The notes under the pieces: generated by a model
The model's input: the letters and a program-made list of their open reading frames with translations, nothing else
What the model was told of the DNA's origin: nothing
Databases searched by the model: none
Made by a program: the position numbers and the translations under genes
DNA from: a virus
Taxonomy: Duplodnaviria; Caudoviricetes
IMG/VR virus record: IMGVR_UViG_3300033149_003492
Location: 1 to 43,893 of that record
Direction: 5' to 3' (one strand)
Length of the DNA stretch: 43,893 nucleotides
In this document: one piece after another, positions 9,804-19,050 of the stretch
Numbering within the stretch: the stretch's first letter is position 1
How the letters are laid out: every line of letters starts with the position of its first letter

Positions 9804-12344
9804 CTACAGCGTCACGTTGTAGCTGATGGCCGATGCTTCGGTATCCCGATAGGCCAAACCCCACCTCATCATAGCAACGATTTGGTTAGTGTCCGCCTCG
9901 ATGTATCGGTCGGTCTCGATGGTCATGCGCCGCTTCCACTTCATACGCCACTGATCCCATCTCACCGCCAAGATCGAGCCGGTGGTGTTATTCGACCCAG
10001 TATCCTGGTCAACCTTGCCCGAAGTGTTGGCCTTCCGCTCATACCCCGCACTGGTTGCTTTCCAGTGCATGAAGGCACTGGGCCGCAGTGTGTAACCCCA
10101 CAAGCCAGTCAGCCTCCCATTCTCCAGCGTGGCGCGGGTCCAGACATCTTTGGTCTTTACCGCCGCCAACTGAAGGCTCTTCCAGTAGGTGTTCATATCC
10201 ACGATGAACCACACTCTATCCTGATCCACCGCGTTGATACCCGCTGCTCCCAGAAGTTTGACCGTCTCCAGGTAATCATCCTCGGTTAGCGCCCCAGCAC
10301 TCCTTGAGTTATTGGTGTTCGTGACCAAGGGTAACTTACGGAAGCCGTTGACTAGGAGAAAGACCTCTGATCCCCCCGGAGTTCCAGCGATGTCGTTGAT
10401 ATTGGTCGTTGCGCTGGTGTCGGTATCCCCATCGATCAAAGCGTGCTCCATACTCTCCAACCCAGCTCGTTGCAGTTGCCTCATGGCGTTTGCCGCGAAC
10501 CGAATCAAGGAATCCTCCTGCATCTCACCAGTATAGAGGATTCGCGCACCCATCTTCACCAGAGAGCACGTTTTCTGCCCCGTTCCCACCGGGGAGGCAG
10601 TGATAGTCGCTGTGGGTCGATAGCCCGAAGTACTAGTGATGGCTGTGGCCTGACTTACCTTATAGAAGATCGGATCGGTGCTTTCGAGGGGCACCACATC
10701 CGACTCGAAACCATCTGGAATCCTCTCCGAATATGGCTCCAACTGTTGCAGAACCCATAGCTCAGAGCGAATCTTCTCCCAGAGTTTGTTCGAGTAGAGA
10801 ACACCCACCCAATCATCTCCATAGCTGGAGTAAGTCGAGTAGTTGATCTCGTTAGTCTTCATGTCGGGGCGGTAAAACATCTTCATGGTCGAGAGACTCT
10901 CTTCCGCATTGCCGTCCTTCTTGGCCTCACTCTCAACTTTGAGAGCCAAAGCCTTAATGCAAGCATCCGAGGGTCTTCGTGCATCGGCGATGCCCCTTTG
11001 ATAAGCCTTTTCCTGCACCGTAAGCATCAAGGCGTGCTCCGCCGGGTCCAGATTGTCATATTTCCGGGTAAACCCGTGCCTGGTTATTGCTGGCGCACCA
11101 GATTCGTAGTAAGGTAGCCGATTCGCCTTAGCAGTCTCCGCCTCCCACTTTTCCCGTTCCTTTTCCAGACGGGCCTTGAACTCACTTTCCTTGGCTTCCT
11201 CTTCCTGTCTGGCCTTTTCTTGTGCTTCTCGCTCAGCCTTAACGGCTTGGTGAGCCGCCTCAGTAGCCAGTTCTCGAATCTCCTTCGCATCCATTTTGAA
11301 CTCCTTGTTCTCCTTTTCTTTGTTAGAATCATTCGATTTGTCCCTTCCCTTTGCCCCACTCGGCGACGCTGTGCTGGCGTCCTTTGCCTGTGTCTCCGGC
11401 TCCAGGTTATCGGGCAGGGATAACCCTGCCCGTTGGTACAACGCTTTCATCACAGGGATAGCCACAGCATAAGCGTTGGCCGGTTCCCTGCCTTCTCCAA
11501 CATCAAACAAACTCAACTCGGCAATAGGCCAAAGCCGTATGCGCCCATCTGAGTCGCGTCTAGTCAAATGCCTCACCGTCCCCGTGCTGGCCCTGGCTGT
11601 TCCTCGCTTTGCGGCTTCCCAAACACGCTTGGCATATTCGCTGGTCTTCTTCAATACCACGCGAAACCAGCGACCCATATTATCCGTCCAGGTTTTGACC
11701 GTATCCCCAATCCATGCAGGCTCATCCGCTAAGTCTCCATCAGGATCATATCCGTGATAGTACACTACTGGGGGCAAGCCAAACCGATCAAGTTGAAAGT
11801 CGGTTTTTGGCGAAAAATACTCGCCGTGACTGTCCTTTCCTCCTACCGGGCCACCAAAGGGGGCACCAAGCACATCTAGTACCCAGTCCTCGGTATCCAG
11901 AACCGCCTTGACATAGCTTTTGTTGACCTTCCATTCATCAGGTAGCGCAGCAACGAACTTCGGCCCCTTGCGACGACAAAGAGCAATCAACCTGCGCTTG
12001 AACTGCTCGAAACTCTTGGAGCCCTTGTATCTCCCCCAAGAATGTACCGCATCACTTACATCCCCCGGTGTCACGACTGGGAACTTGCGCTCATCGGAGA
12101 AGACAAAATCGGAATCCTTGAGTTTGTCCCTGTCAACCCCACCTCCCACATTAGGGTCTACATCTCTCTTCTCGGCTTCTTTCATCTTTTCCTCCCTTCC
12201 AGCGGCATGAATACAGGCATATATGGCTTGCTGCTCTGTTCCACCTTCCTCCAGAACTGCATTGGCAGCAGCTATACATTTGCGCTTGTCCTCATCAGGC
12301 CAATTCTTAGCCGGTGGCGGCGGATCGCTCATCGACCAGGGCAT
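9804..12344 (-). CDS. Fused prohead protease/scaffold/major capsid protein with extra N-terminal domains
   Basis: Protease-like region (KDSHGEYF, VYYHG, ASTG, WPIAELSL, EPAN), a charged coiled-coil linker, then an HK97-type capsid region (MEHALIDGDT, GRLTGLWGY). Internal ATGs at 12185 and 11294 carry their own SD sequences. Confidence 0.85.
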   Translation of the reverse strand: MPWSMSDPPPPAKNWPDEDKRKCIAAANAVLEEGGTEQQAIYACIHAAGREEKMKEAEKRDVDPNVGGGVDRDKLKDSDFVFSDERKFPVVTPGDVSDAVHSWGRYKGSKSFEQFKRRLIALCRRKGPKFVAALPDEWKVNKSYVKAVLDTEDWVLDVLGAPFGGPVGGKDSHGEYFSPKTDFQLDRFGLPPVVYYHGYDPDGDLADEPAWIGDTVKTWTDNMGRWFRVVLKKTSEYAKRVWEAAKRGTARASTGTVRHLTRRDSDGRIRLWPIAELSLFDVGEGREPANAYAVAIPVMKALYQRAGLSLPDNLEPETQAKDASTASPSGAKGRDKSNDSNKEKENKEFKMDAKEIRELATEAAHQAVKAEREAQEKARQEEEAKESEFKARLEKEREKWEAETAKANRLPYYESGAPAITRHGFTRKYDNLDPAEHALMLTVQEKAYQRGIADARRPSDACIKALALKVESEAKKDGNAEESLSTMKMFYRPDMKTNEINYSTYSSYGDDWVGVLYSNKLWEKIRSELWVLQQLEPYSERIPDGFESDVVPLESTDPIFYKVSQATAITSTSGYRPTATITASPVGTGQKTCSLVKMGARILYTGEMQEDSLIRFAANAMRQLQRAGLESMEHALIDGDTDTSATTNINDIAGTPGGSEVFLLVNGFRKLPLVTNTNNSRSAGALTEDDYLETVKLLGAAGINAVDQDRVWFIVDMNTYWKSLQLAAVKTKDVWTRATLENGRLTGLWGYTLRPSAFMHWKATSAGYERKANTSGKVDQDTGSNNTTGSILAVRWDQWRMKWKRRMTIETDRYIEADTNQIVAMMRWGLAYRDTEASAISYNVTL

Positions 12345-12568
12345 ACTCTCTCCCTCAAATAGGTGCCATCTCCATCTTTGTAGATCACTGCTAATTCAGA
12401 TGAAACACGCCCGTTGTTCACATAGCAACCACCCTGTCGAACCAACCGGCGAGCCTCGCTCTTGGTCTTACATAGACCAACGCGGACGAAGAGGTCTATT
12501 ACCCGAACACCGGCCTCTAGCTCCTCCCGTTCTAAAACGGTAGTTGGAATACCCTCAAACCTACTCAC
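12329..12568 (-). CDS. Stand-alone S4-like RNA-binding domain (tyrosyl-tRNA synthetase C-terminal type)
   Basis: IPT...LEAGVRVIDLFVRVGLCKTKSEARRLVRQGGCYVN matches the TyrRS S4 pattern. ATGA-coupled to the upstream gene. Confidence 0.8.
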   Translation of the reverse strand: MSRFEGIPTTVLEREELEAGVRVIDLFVRVGLCKTKSEARRLVRQGGCYVNNGRVSSELAVIYKDGDGTYLRERVCPGR

Positions 12569-13038
12569 GCCATAATTCTCCTGGCTGCTTTAGCCATGCG
12601 CTTCTCTATCTTTCCCCTCTGTCTCTTCAATACATCCTGCGCCGTCTTCCAGCCAGTATCTCGATGAAAAGGCTGCTGCCATGGCCTATGCTGTACCCAG
12701 GGCGCATACCCACTGGCGTTCTCAACTATCCCTACCAATCCCCCCTGCTTTACTTCCGTCTTCCAACTCGGCCCCAATCTCTTACTCCAAGGGTCACTAA
12801 GCCGACTGTATCGTGGGGACAGTCCAGCCCTCCGTCGAGCCCAGTGATACCAACGCCTTTGCCTCTCCGATTTCCACCGAATAGGCCCACTTCTCCTAGC
12901 GGGATATTGAGCTATATCGTTCTTTATATCAGCTACCACCTCGCCCATTACTCTGCCCATCCAGGCCGGAGGCCGAAGACCATTTAGCTTGCGCTGAATC
13001 CGAGCCAGATCAGCGACATTAACCTGTATCTTAATCAT
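12565..13038 (-). CDS. HK97 gp10-like / virion morphogenesis protein
   Basis: Basic protein with GIVENASGYAPWVQ. Start MIKIQV is coupled to the upstream stop. Confidence 0.6.
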   Translation of the reverse strand: MIKIQVNVADLARIQRKLNGLRPPAWMGRVMGEVVADIKNDIAQYPARRSGPIRWKSERQRRWYHWARRRAGLSPRYSRLSDPWSKRLGPSWKTEVKQGGLVGIVENASGYAPWVQHRPWQQPFHRDTGWKTAQDVLKRQRGKIEKRMAKAARRIMA

Positions 13039-13730
13039 CGGATAGAAACCCAGGTTATCCAGCAACGACACCGGGGATGCGGCGGCGGCCAATCTACCGT
13101 CCAACCCTCCGAACGCCTCTTGCGATGATTCGGCGCACACACACTACATACCCTCTCGTCATTAGCAGTATTCCAAACTGGCTCTAGCCTGAAACCCTCC
13201 CGTTGCAACCTCTCCCCCAATAGCCTCTCACCCTCAGCAAATGCCCTGGTCACTTCGGTTATGGCTATCATCTCAGCCCGCACTCGGCCAAAGTAAGGCT
13301 CCAAGGCCGCGTAAAGGCTCTCCATACTCTGGCCCGGCGTCCTGAGCCAATTCCCTATCGCCTGCTGCAAAGCTCGGCGAGTTGTATCCTGCAAGCCCTC
13401 TACCAGGTCATAGGCATAGCGATTGGCCCAACCCCCGGCAGCAGCATTGGCTTCGGCTACATCTATCCCAATCTCTGGATGCTGGGCTAGAAACGAGACC
13501 TGGGCCTCTTGAGCCATCTCCCGCAGCGGAGCTTCTAGTTCCCTCACCCAAGCGTCCCTCTCCTCGAACCAGAAATCCTGACCCAGTTGCAATATCACCG
13601 GCCAAAGACGCTTGAGCTCCTTGCTCAGGAGAGCTAATAGCAGACCAAGTAGCAGTTCCTCCCAACGATCTTTTTCCTCCGCGTTTGGGTCTCTCTCCCC
13701 GTCCAGGTTCACCCGATCAGGCTGAATCAA
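13035..13730 (-). CDS. Minor head protein (MuF/SPP1 gp7-like)
   Basis: RAEMIAITEVTRA, WNTANDERVCSVC, PPPHPRCRC motifs. Confidence 0.92.
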   Translation of the reverse strand: MIQPDRVNLDGERDPNAEEKDRWEELLLGLLLALLSKELKRLWPVILQLGQDFWFEERDAWVRELEAPLREMAQEAQVSFLAQHPEIGIDVAEANAAAGGWANRYAYDLVEGLQDTTRRALQQAIGNWLRTPGQSMESLYAALEPYFGRVRAEMIAITEVTRAFAEGERLLGERLQREGFRLEPVWNTANDERVCSVCAPNHRKRRSEGWTVDWPPPHPRCRCWITWVSIR

Positions 13731-15187
13731 AAAGGGCCGACAAAAGCCGCTTTCACCTCCTCGGGGCTGGCTGCCCCACGTAAACGGTTGCGAATGACTT
13801 CGGCTAGATCGTCCCGTAGATGGTAAGTTACAAACCGTGCAGCCTTACGCCCACTCCTCTTATTAGCATACCGGCGCCATTGGGCTAACTCCCCCTCCGC
13901 CTTCGTTCCCCCACCATGCTCATCTTCCTCGTCTCCGGGTAGATAGGGCTCCTTTCCCTCCGTGCCTCGAAATGTCGAAGCCAGTGTTCTCTGGGCCGAA
14001 ACCTCGGCAACCATCAATTGGCCCCGATTATCCCCAAGCGGCTCATCATTGTAGAAGGTTCTACGAGTCTCATCTATCGTGTGCGTTCGGAGATATTGGG
14101 TCTCTCTCTGCAAATCCAGAGCAGCATCGGTTATCCGCACATCATCGAACTCGGCATATAAGTCCTCACCATAGATCGGCAGCAGATTGTTGGTTATCAC
14201 CTCAGCCAAAGCAACCATCTGGGTGTAAACATGGTTCTTGAACATTCGCATTCCTGTAGCTGCATTGGCCTCAGTTGCATTCACATCCAGAATGTTGGCC
14301 AGCCCCGGCGCATAAACGCCAAATATCTCCTCCTTGGTGAACTTCCGGCTGAGCAGGAAATCCAGGTCTCGTTGGCTCATCTGGGTGGCAATCCAGTTGA
14401 CCCCCGCCCCAACTCCCTGCAGCATCATCAGCTTCCGCGCCGTTCCCCCATAATCAAGCTGTACCTGCCTCTTTATCTCATCCCACCGCCCCTTGCTCAT
14501 AACATCCTTGAAAGCAAGAATCCCCGACGGCTTTGCATGGTCACGGGCGAAAAAGTTTGCGTTCCACTTCTGCATCCCCTTATCACCCGCAGCTACCACC
14601 ATCAATGCCTGTATCGGCGACAGACCCACATACATGCTCCGAGGATGAAACCGCCGGAAATGAAGAATCTGCCAGGCCGGTATGTTTATCTTCTGCCCCA
14701 AACCAGGATCATATTCGTAATGCCGTATGAACATCCGCTTGTCCGGTATGGGCTTGATTCGATGACTAGGTATGGGCCATATCTCCGCCGGAGGTGCTTC
14801 CGGCGTCCTCCTGTTAAGGTGCCAATATGCGTTTCCCGTTAGCTCCCGATAAGCGGCTGTGGCAAAAAGAAGATCGTATCGCGAATCCCTGGGATTGGGC
14901 CTCCGCAACAAACGCTCCAAGGGATGGTTGTATATCTCAATGGGCTTCTCCTCAGAGCCGATACGCAGTACCTTGAGATGGGCAACAGCCACTTCCCCAG
15001 CTATCTGGCTGACGGCGATATTCACCCAACTCAGAGTCTCATATAAATCAACCTGATCTTCCCATTCCTGCCCACTAGGTATATCCCAGCGGTCTAAATC
15101 CGTCGCCGAGGTCAGCCAACGCGGATAAGACCGCGCAGCCTTGGCCCACCCAAAGCGCTGTAGTAGGTTCGCTACCCACCCCATCAC
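13727..15187 (-). CDS. Portal protein
   Basis: HPLERLLRRPNP, LTGNAYW, ILHFRRFHP, GLSPI, NFF..HAKPSGIL motifs (HK97 family). Confidence 0.95.
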   Translation of the reverse strand: MMGWVANLLQRFGWAKAARSYPRWLTSATDLDRWDIPSGQEWEDQVDLYETLSWVNIAVSQIAGEVAVAHLKVLRIGSEEKPIEIYNHPLERLLRRPNPRDSRYDLLFATAAYRELTGNAYWHLNRRTPEAPPAEIWPIPSHRIKPIPDKRMFIRHYEYDPGLGQKINIPAWQILHFRRFHPRSMYVGLSPIQALMVVAAGDKGMQKWNANFFARDHAKPSGILAFKDVMSKGRWDEIKRQVQLDYGGTARKLMMLQGVGAGVNWIATQMSQRDLDFLLSRKFTKEEIFGVYAPGLANILDVNATEANAATGMRMFKNHVYTQMVALAEVITNNLLPIYGEDLYAEFDDVRITDAALDLQRETQYLRTHTIDETRRTFYNDEPLGDNRGQLMVAEVSAQRTLASTFRGTEGKEPYLPGDEEDEHGGGTKAEGELAQWRRYANKRSGRKAARFVTYHLRDDLAEVIRNRLRGAASPEEVKAAFVGPF

Positions 15188-16386
15188 ACAAAACTCACCA
15201 ATTCGTAGGGCGCCGGCTCCAATAAAGCCCTGGCCATCAACGCCCTAGCTATCACCGTGTCATCGTGCATCCCCTTGGGAGCTGAATACCTGGGACGCAT
15301 CGTCTGAGGATTCAATTCCATCGTGTACGCCTCCAATTCCATTCTTCCCACAGGATCGTCTATCCAGGCTATCTCCTCCTTCTCCAAGGCTATCTGTAAG
15401 TTCCGTATCAAAGAGGGCTTCGTGCTCGCCTCCATCCAGAAAGGTACAACTGGCAAACCAATCTCCTGCAAATCCTCTATGTTCGGCTGCCCCATGGCAT
15501 TGGCCTCACATATTATCCGCGATGGACTCCACTTCCGATGTAGTTGCAGTATCAACTCCCGCTGCGCTGAATACTGTATCTCGTTCAGCCTGGCTATCTC
15601 TACCTCACACATGCAATCCGAACAACCCACCGACACCACGGTGAAATCCTTCTTCTGCGCCCAGTCCGTACCCATAACCATGTAGTGACCTATATGCTCC
15701 TCCGGCTTCCCCTCCCCCAATTTCATGTTCGGGGCTATGTTCCGAAATACCGTGCCCTGATCCTCCAAGAATTCGGCCAAATACTCTTGACGAAATACGT
15801 CGCGGGGTAGCTCGCTCTCAGCTATCTCTATCTCCTCATCCGGTATGTACGGATTCGCACTAGTCGGATACTGAAAAGCCTTCCAACTACCCTCACCAGC
15901 CTTGCCCCGCAAATACAGCCGGTGAAACCAATTCCTGCCCCCAGGCGTCCCTATAAACCAGGCCGAACCCTGCCGGTCACTCAACGCGGGCCTCAAACAA
16001 TTAGTCCAAGCTTCTTCATCCAAATAAGCACACTCATCTACAGTAACATGATCCAGCCCAGCCCCACGTAAGTCGTTGGGATCATACGCACTCCGTACCT
16101 CAACTGACCCACCACTCGGAAAACGCCATACCCAATCCTTCTTCCGTACCTCTGCCCCCGGCACCTGCCGCCCTAAGTCACAAACCCTAAGCCAACCCTC
16201 CGTCGCCAACTTGTAGTTCGGCGCTACCCACCAGGCCCGCCCTCCCCGCAAGGCCACAACTGTAGCCTTCAACCCCCCCAATATCGTCTTCCCAAACCGG
16301 CGCCCAGCTACTATCACCTTGAACCTGGCAGGATAATCCCATATCTTCTGCTGTACCTCAGTCAACGCGGGCAATCGGATTTCCAT
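15184..16386 (-). CDS. terL: Terminase large subunit
   Basis: AGRRFGKT Walker A, LRGAGLD..VDECA Walker B, IGTPGG, RQEYLAEF, HDDTVIA nuclease motifs. Confidence 0.97.
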   Translation of the reverse strand: MEIRLPALTEVQQKIWDYPARFKVIVAGRRFGKTILGGLKATVVALRGGRAWWVAPNYKLATEGWLRVCDLGRQVPGAEVRKKDWVWRFPSGGSVEVRSAYDPNDLRGAGLDHVTVDECAYLDEEAWTNCLRPALSDRQGSAWFIGTPGGRNWFHRLYLRGKAGEGSWKAFQYPTSANPYIPDEEIEIAESELPRDVFRQEYLAEFLEDQGTVFRNIAPNMKLGEGKPEEHIGHYMVMGTDWAQKKDFTVVSVGCSDCMCEVEIARLNEIQYSAQRELILQLHRKWSPSRIICEANAMGQPNIEDLQEIGLPVVPFWMEASTKPSLIRNLQIALEKEEIAWIDDPVGRMELEAYTMELNPQTMRPRYSAPKGMHDDTVIARALMARALLEPAPYELVSFV

Positions 16387-16831
16387 TGGACCAGGACAAC
16401 TCCACCTTCTGTAGTTTCCTCACATCTTGCCGTACATGATACGGCACTCGACCAACCGAACGATCCAGAACTTCCTTCGCAGCCGCTAATACTATCCGAG
16501 CATCCTCTTCGTTCTTCACTAAATCTATGATGGCTTTGGCCGATTCTACAGCCGCATTCTCAAATACCTTCTGTATCAAAAGCGAGGTACGAGCACGCAG
16601 CATCAAAGCTAATTCCCCTAAATAATCCCTCCTCGACCTCGGCTTTACATACCAACTGCCTTGCTTGATACCACACATATCCAAGGCGTTCCTGATAGAC
16701 CGTGTTTGCGCTCTAGCTACCACAAAATCCATCTCGTCTTCGTCAAGACCCTGAAAAATGTCGTCTAGCGGGGGAAGATCGTTCACAGCAGGAAGAACTA
16801 TCGTCCGAGACCTCTCTTCGTCACGCGGCAT
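16358..16831 (-). CDS. Putative terminase small subunit
   Basis: Directly upstream of terL, with AAKEVLDRSVG motif. Confidence 0.7.
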   Translation of the reverse strand: MPRDEERSRTIVLPAVNDLPPLDDIFQGLDEDEMDFVVARAQTRSIRNALDMCGIKQGSWYVKPRSRRDYLGELALMLRARTSLLIQKVFENAAVESAKAIIDLVKNEEDARIVLAAAKEVLDRSVGRVPYHVRQDVRKLQKVELSWSNGNPIARVD

Positions 16832-17191
16832 ATGCTATCCTCTCTCTATAAACAGTCAAGCCGATACAGAAAACTCAATTACTAGACGAGGGTCTTACAC
16901 GCCTACGCGCCCTTGCGTTGACGCGCAGTCCGTCCCCCTGCCCTAGCGAGTATCGCGCTGTATGGTGGTTTGTGGTGCTATGGGGTGTATGTTGCCGCCC
17001 TGATGTTCGTATCCCCCTACCGATCATCGTCTAGTGCCGCCGTTTATCGCAGGTTCCGGTTCGTTGCTGCTCGTATAGTCTTTTGGTGTGTGTTGCTGTC
17101 GTCGGTATTGTCTAGGTGCCCTTGTGTCCTGTGGTATGCTGTCGTATGTGTGGGTGTACTGCTAGTTACATATGTTAGAGTATATGTCTGC

Positions 17192-17229
17192 CAATTATAT
17201 GATTTATTCTGGAATAAATAATATAATTG
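17192..17229. repeat. 38-bp AT-rich near-perfect palindrome
   Basis: CAATTATAT-G-ATTTATTC-TG-GAATAAAT-A-ATATAATTG. Confidence 0.9.
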
Positions 17230-17277
17230 ACGGTACAAGGCTACACACAACAGCAACAACAAGCCTCGAATCGGCGC

Positions 17278-17389
17278 GAAACAGGAGTGATCTTGTCCTG
17301 TTTCACAGGCAACCGGCCCCCAGATTACCCAGGAAACCGGACAAACTTTGTCCTGTTTAGGTAGAAACAGGAGTGAAACTGTCCTGTTT
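17278..17389. repeat. Three copies of a 26-bp palindromic element GAAAC(A/C)GGA-N9-TCCTGTTT
   Basis: Copies at 17278-17303, 17333-17358 and 17364-17389, plus a partial half-site near 17408-17415. Confidence 0.88.
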
Positions 17390-17452
17390 ACGGCGGGCAG
17401 GCCGCAAGCCTGTTTGACCGATTACATACCCATACCCCGTAGGGGTATATCC

Positions 17453-17481
17453 ACTATAGCAGGTTTCTTGCGTCTTGTCAA
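17453..17481 (-). promoter_or_regulatory. sigma70-type promoter facing the late operon
   Basis: TTGACA-17 nt-TATAGT with extended -10 TG. The palindrome ATACCCC-GTA-GGGGTAT (17432-17448) sits at the predicted start site. Confidence 0.75.
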
Positions 17482-17649
17482 GTCAATGCACACCCACACC
17501 CACACCTTTACGAGAAAAAACTTGCAGCCGACACCCCTCCCCTGCAAGACCTTCTGCCCCAGCCAACCGGCCTCGACCACAGCGCACCGCACAGAACAAT
17601 GATGGCATTCTTGCAAACTAGATCGCAATACTACAGGTTTCGCTGCTTT

Positions 17650-17689
17650 CGTGAAAACACATGACTTTTCACGCCGAGTGTGCTATGAT
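17650..17689 (+). promoter_or_regulatory. Promoter of the plus-strand island with an overlapping operator-like palindrome
   Basis: ATGACT-17 nt-TATGAT with extended -10 TG. CGTGAAAA-N8-TTTTCACG (17650-17673) overlaps the -35. Confidence 0.55.
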
Positions 17690-17732
17690 GTTTGCAGAGA
17701 ATATCATTCACGCGCACACGGAGGGAAATCGC

Positions 17733-18062
17733 ATGAAGGAGAGTTATAGGCAGATCAAACGGGCGATCGAATGGGGAACCTCAGCCAAAGACATGATCGC
17801 TCGGCTGCAAGGCAATGCGCGAGCCAGCAGAGAGATAGCCAAGACCTGCTGGGAGGGTGATCGGGCCGGACAGATGAGGCTCTACAATAAGGGAATGCGG
17901 TTGGCCCGGGAGGTGAAACAGGCGCTTAGAGAGCCGATTACACTAGCACTTGCCCTATATGGACTATATGGAGACGACGGTGAGTTTCGGGGCGAGATCT
18001 GGAATAAACACAGTATGGTCTGGTCCTGGGTACGCCAAGGTAAGAGGGACGGCATAATCTAG
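17733..18062 (+). CDS. Hypothetical protein
   Basis: SD GGAGGG before ATG 17733. Confidence 0.65.
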   Translation: MKESYRQIKRAIEWGTSAKDMIARLQGNARASREIAKTCWEGDRAGQMRLYNKGMRLAREVKQALREPITLALALYGLYGDDGEFRGEIWNKHSMVWSWVRQGKRDGII

Positions 18063-18183
18063 CGCGTGGCTCTGGGCGACACTGCCCAGCGAGAGACCGT
18101 GGACTACCTAGAGCATAGGCTGACAATGCAGCCGCACACCAACCGAGCCCCGCCGGTGGCCTCGTAACCGGCAGGAGAGACAC

Positions 18184-18381
18184 ATGGACAGGCAGCTTAC
18201 AAACATTGAGGTTATAGTTCGCGTCAGCAACGATGGAGAGAGGCCATACAGCACCGACATACGCGGCTTTTGCACGTATGAGCCCGATCAGTTCCTGGCC
18301 GCCCTCCACAACCTACTGAATGCCGCGATCTGGCACGACATTGTGCGCATCAATCGGGAACAACAGGGGCAGGAGACTTAG
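18184..18381 (+). CDS. Hypothetical protein
   Basis: SD AGGAG, tightly packed with the next gene. Confidence 0.6.
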   Translation: MDRQLTNIEVIVRVSNDGERPYSTDIRGFCTYEPDQFLAALHNLLNAAIWHDIVRINREQQGQET

Positions 18382-18382
18382 C

Positions 18383-18862
18383 ATGGACGGACTACGAGAT
18401 ACATTCATCGCCAAGACGTGGGAAGCCAGGGGAGTCCGCTTTCACTTGGTAAAGCATCCTGCGGGTCACTATTGTGGCTATTGCGTCTTTCCTGAGAGAC
18501 TAGTGAAAGAGCAGGGGGACAGCGGACTGCTCACTTACGTACCTGTCCACGGGGGTATCACCTACGCCGAGGAGACTGAAGAAGGCAGAATGGTCTACGG
18601 CTTCGACTGTGCTCACGCAGGAGATGAGTGTGATCCGAGGTGTACGGATGAGCTATGGCTGACACATGAAACAGAGACGATGGCAGGAGCCATTCTCATC
18701 GCAGCGAAACACGAGGAGGCTTACCTCCAGGCAGGGAATAATGATGCGAAGGCTGCTGCCATCCGGGCATTCCTCGATGAGACGGTCGAAGTCCTTGAGC
18801 GAGACCTCGTAGTCACCGACAACTTTGGTGCGATGATCAATCTAGTCTTTGGGAAGCTATAA
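18383..18862 (+). CDS. Conserved phage protein, putative metal-binding
   Basis: GHYCGY..VHGGITY..GFDCAH.GD motif, widespread in phages. Confidence 0.75.
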   Translation: MDGLRDTFIAKTWEARGVRFHLVKHPAGHYCGYCVFPERLVKEQGDSGLLTYVPVHGGITYAEETEEGRMVYGFDCAHAGDECDPRCTDELWLTHETETMAGAILIAAKHEEAYLQAGNNDAKAAAIRAFLDETVEVLERDLVVTDNFGAMINLVFGKL

Positions 18863-18894
18863 CCAGGAGCCACAACAGAGGAAGGAGGCTTAGC

Positions 18895-19050
18895 ATGTAT
18901 CACATCGTCACGTTCAGCACAGACATTGCTCGTTGGCTCTGGCGTCGCACCCACACTAGGCTTGCGGCCTGGCTTTACGGCTGGCTTGCGACGTGGCAGG
19001 TGCACTACGCGCTGGGCCAGCATAAGAGGGGGAGGAGGGCAGGCAAATGA
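18895..19050 (+). CDS. Small Trp-rich hypothetical protein (51 aa)
   Basis: SD AAGGAGG, reads MYHIVTFSTDIARWLW.., and its stop is ATGA-coupled to 19047. Confidence 0.55.
   Translation: MYHIVTFSTDIARWLWRRTHTRLAAWLYGWLATWQVHYALGQHKRGRRAGK

Noticed and set aside
17192-17229. Protelomerase (tel) site of a linear plasmid prophage
   Set aside because: No protelomerase, tyrosine recombinase or partition genes were recognised. Kept only as a packaging-site candidate.
16970-17262. ORFs 16970..17221 (+) and 17044..17262 (-)
   Set aside because: They arise from a compositionally skewed GT/CA-rich tract with weak starts and are more likely non-coding.
17278-17389. Mini-CRISPR array
   Set aside because: The repeats differ in their centres and the gaps are irregular (about 29 and 5 bp). 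The only Cas-like gene is a distant stand-alone Cas4-like nuclease typical of phages.
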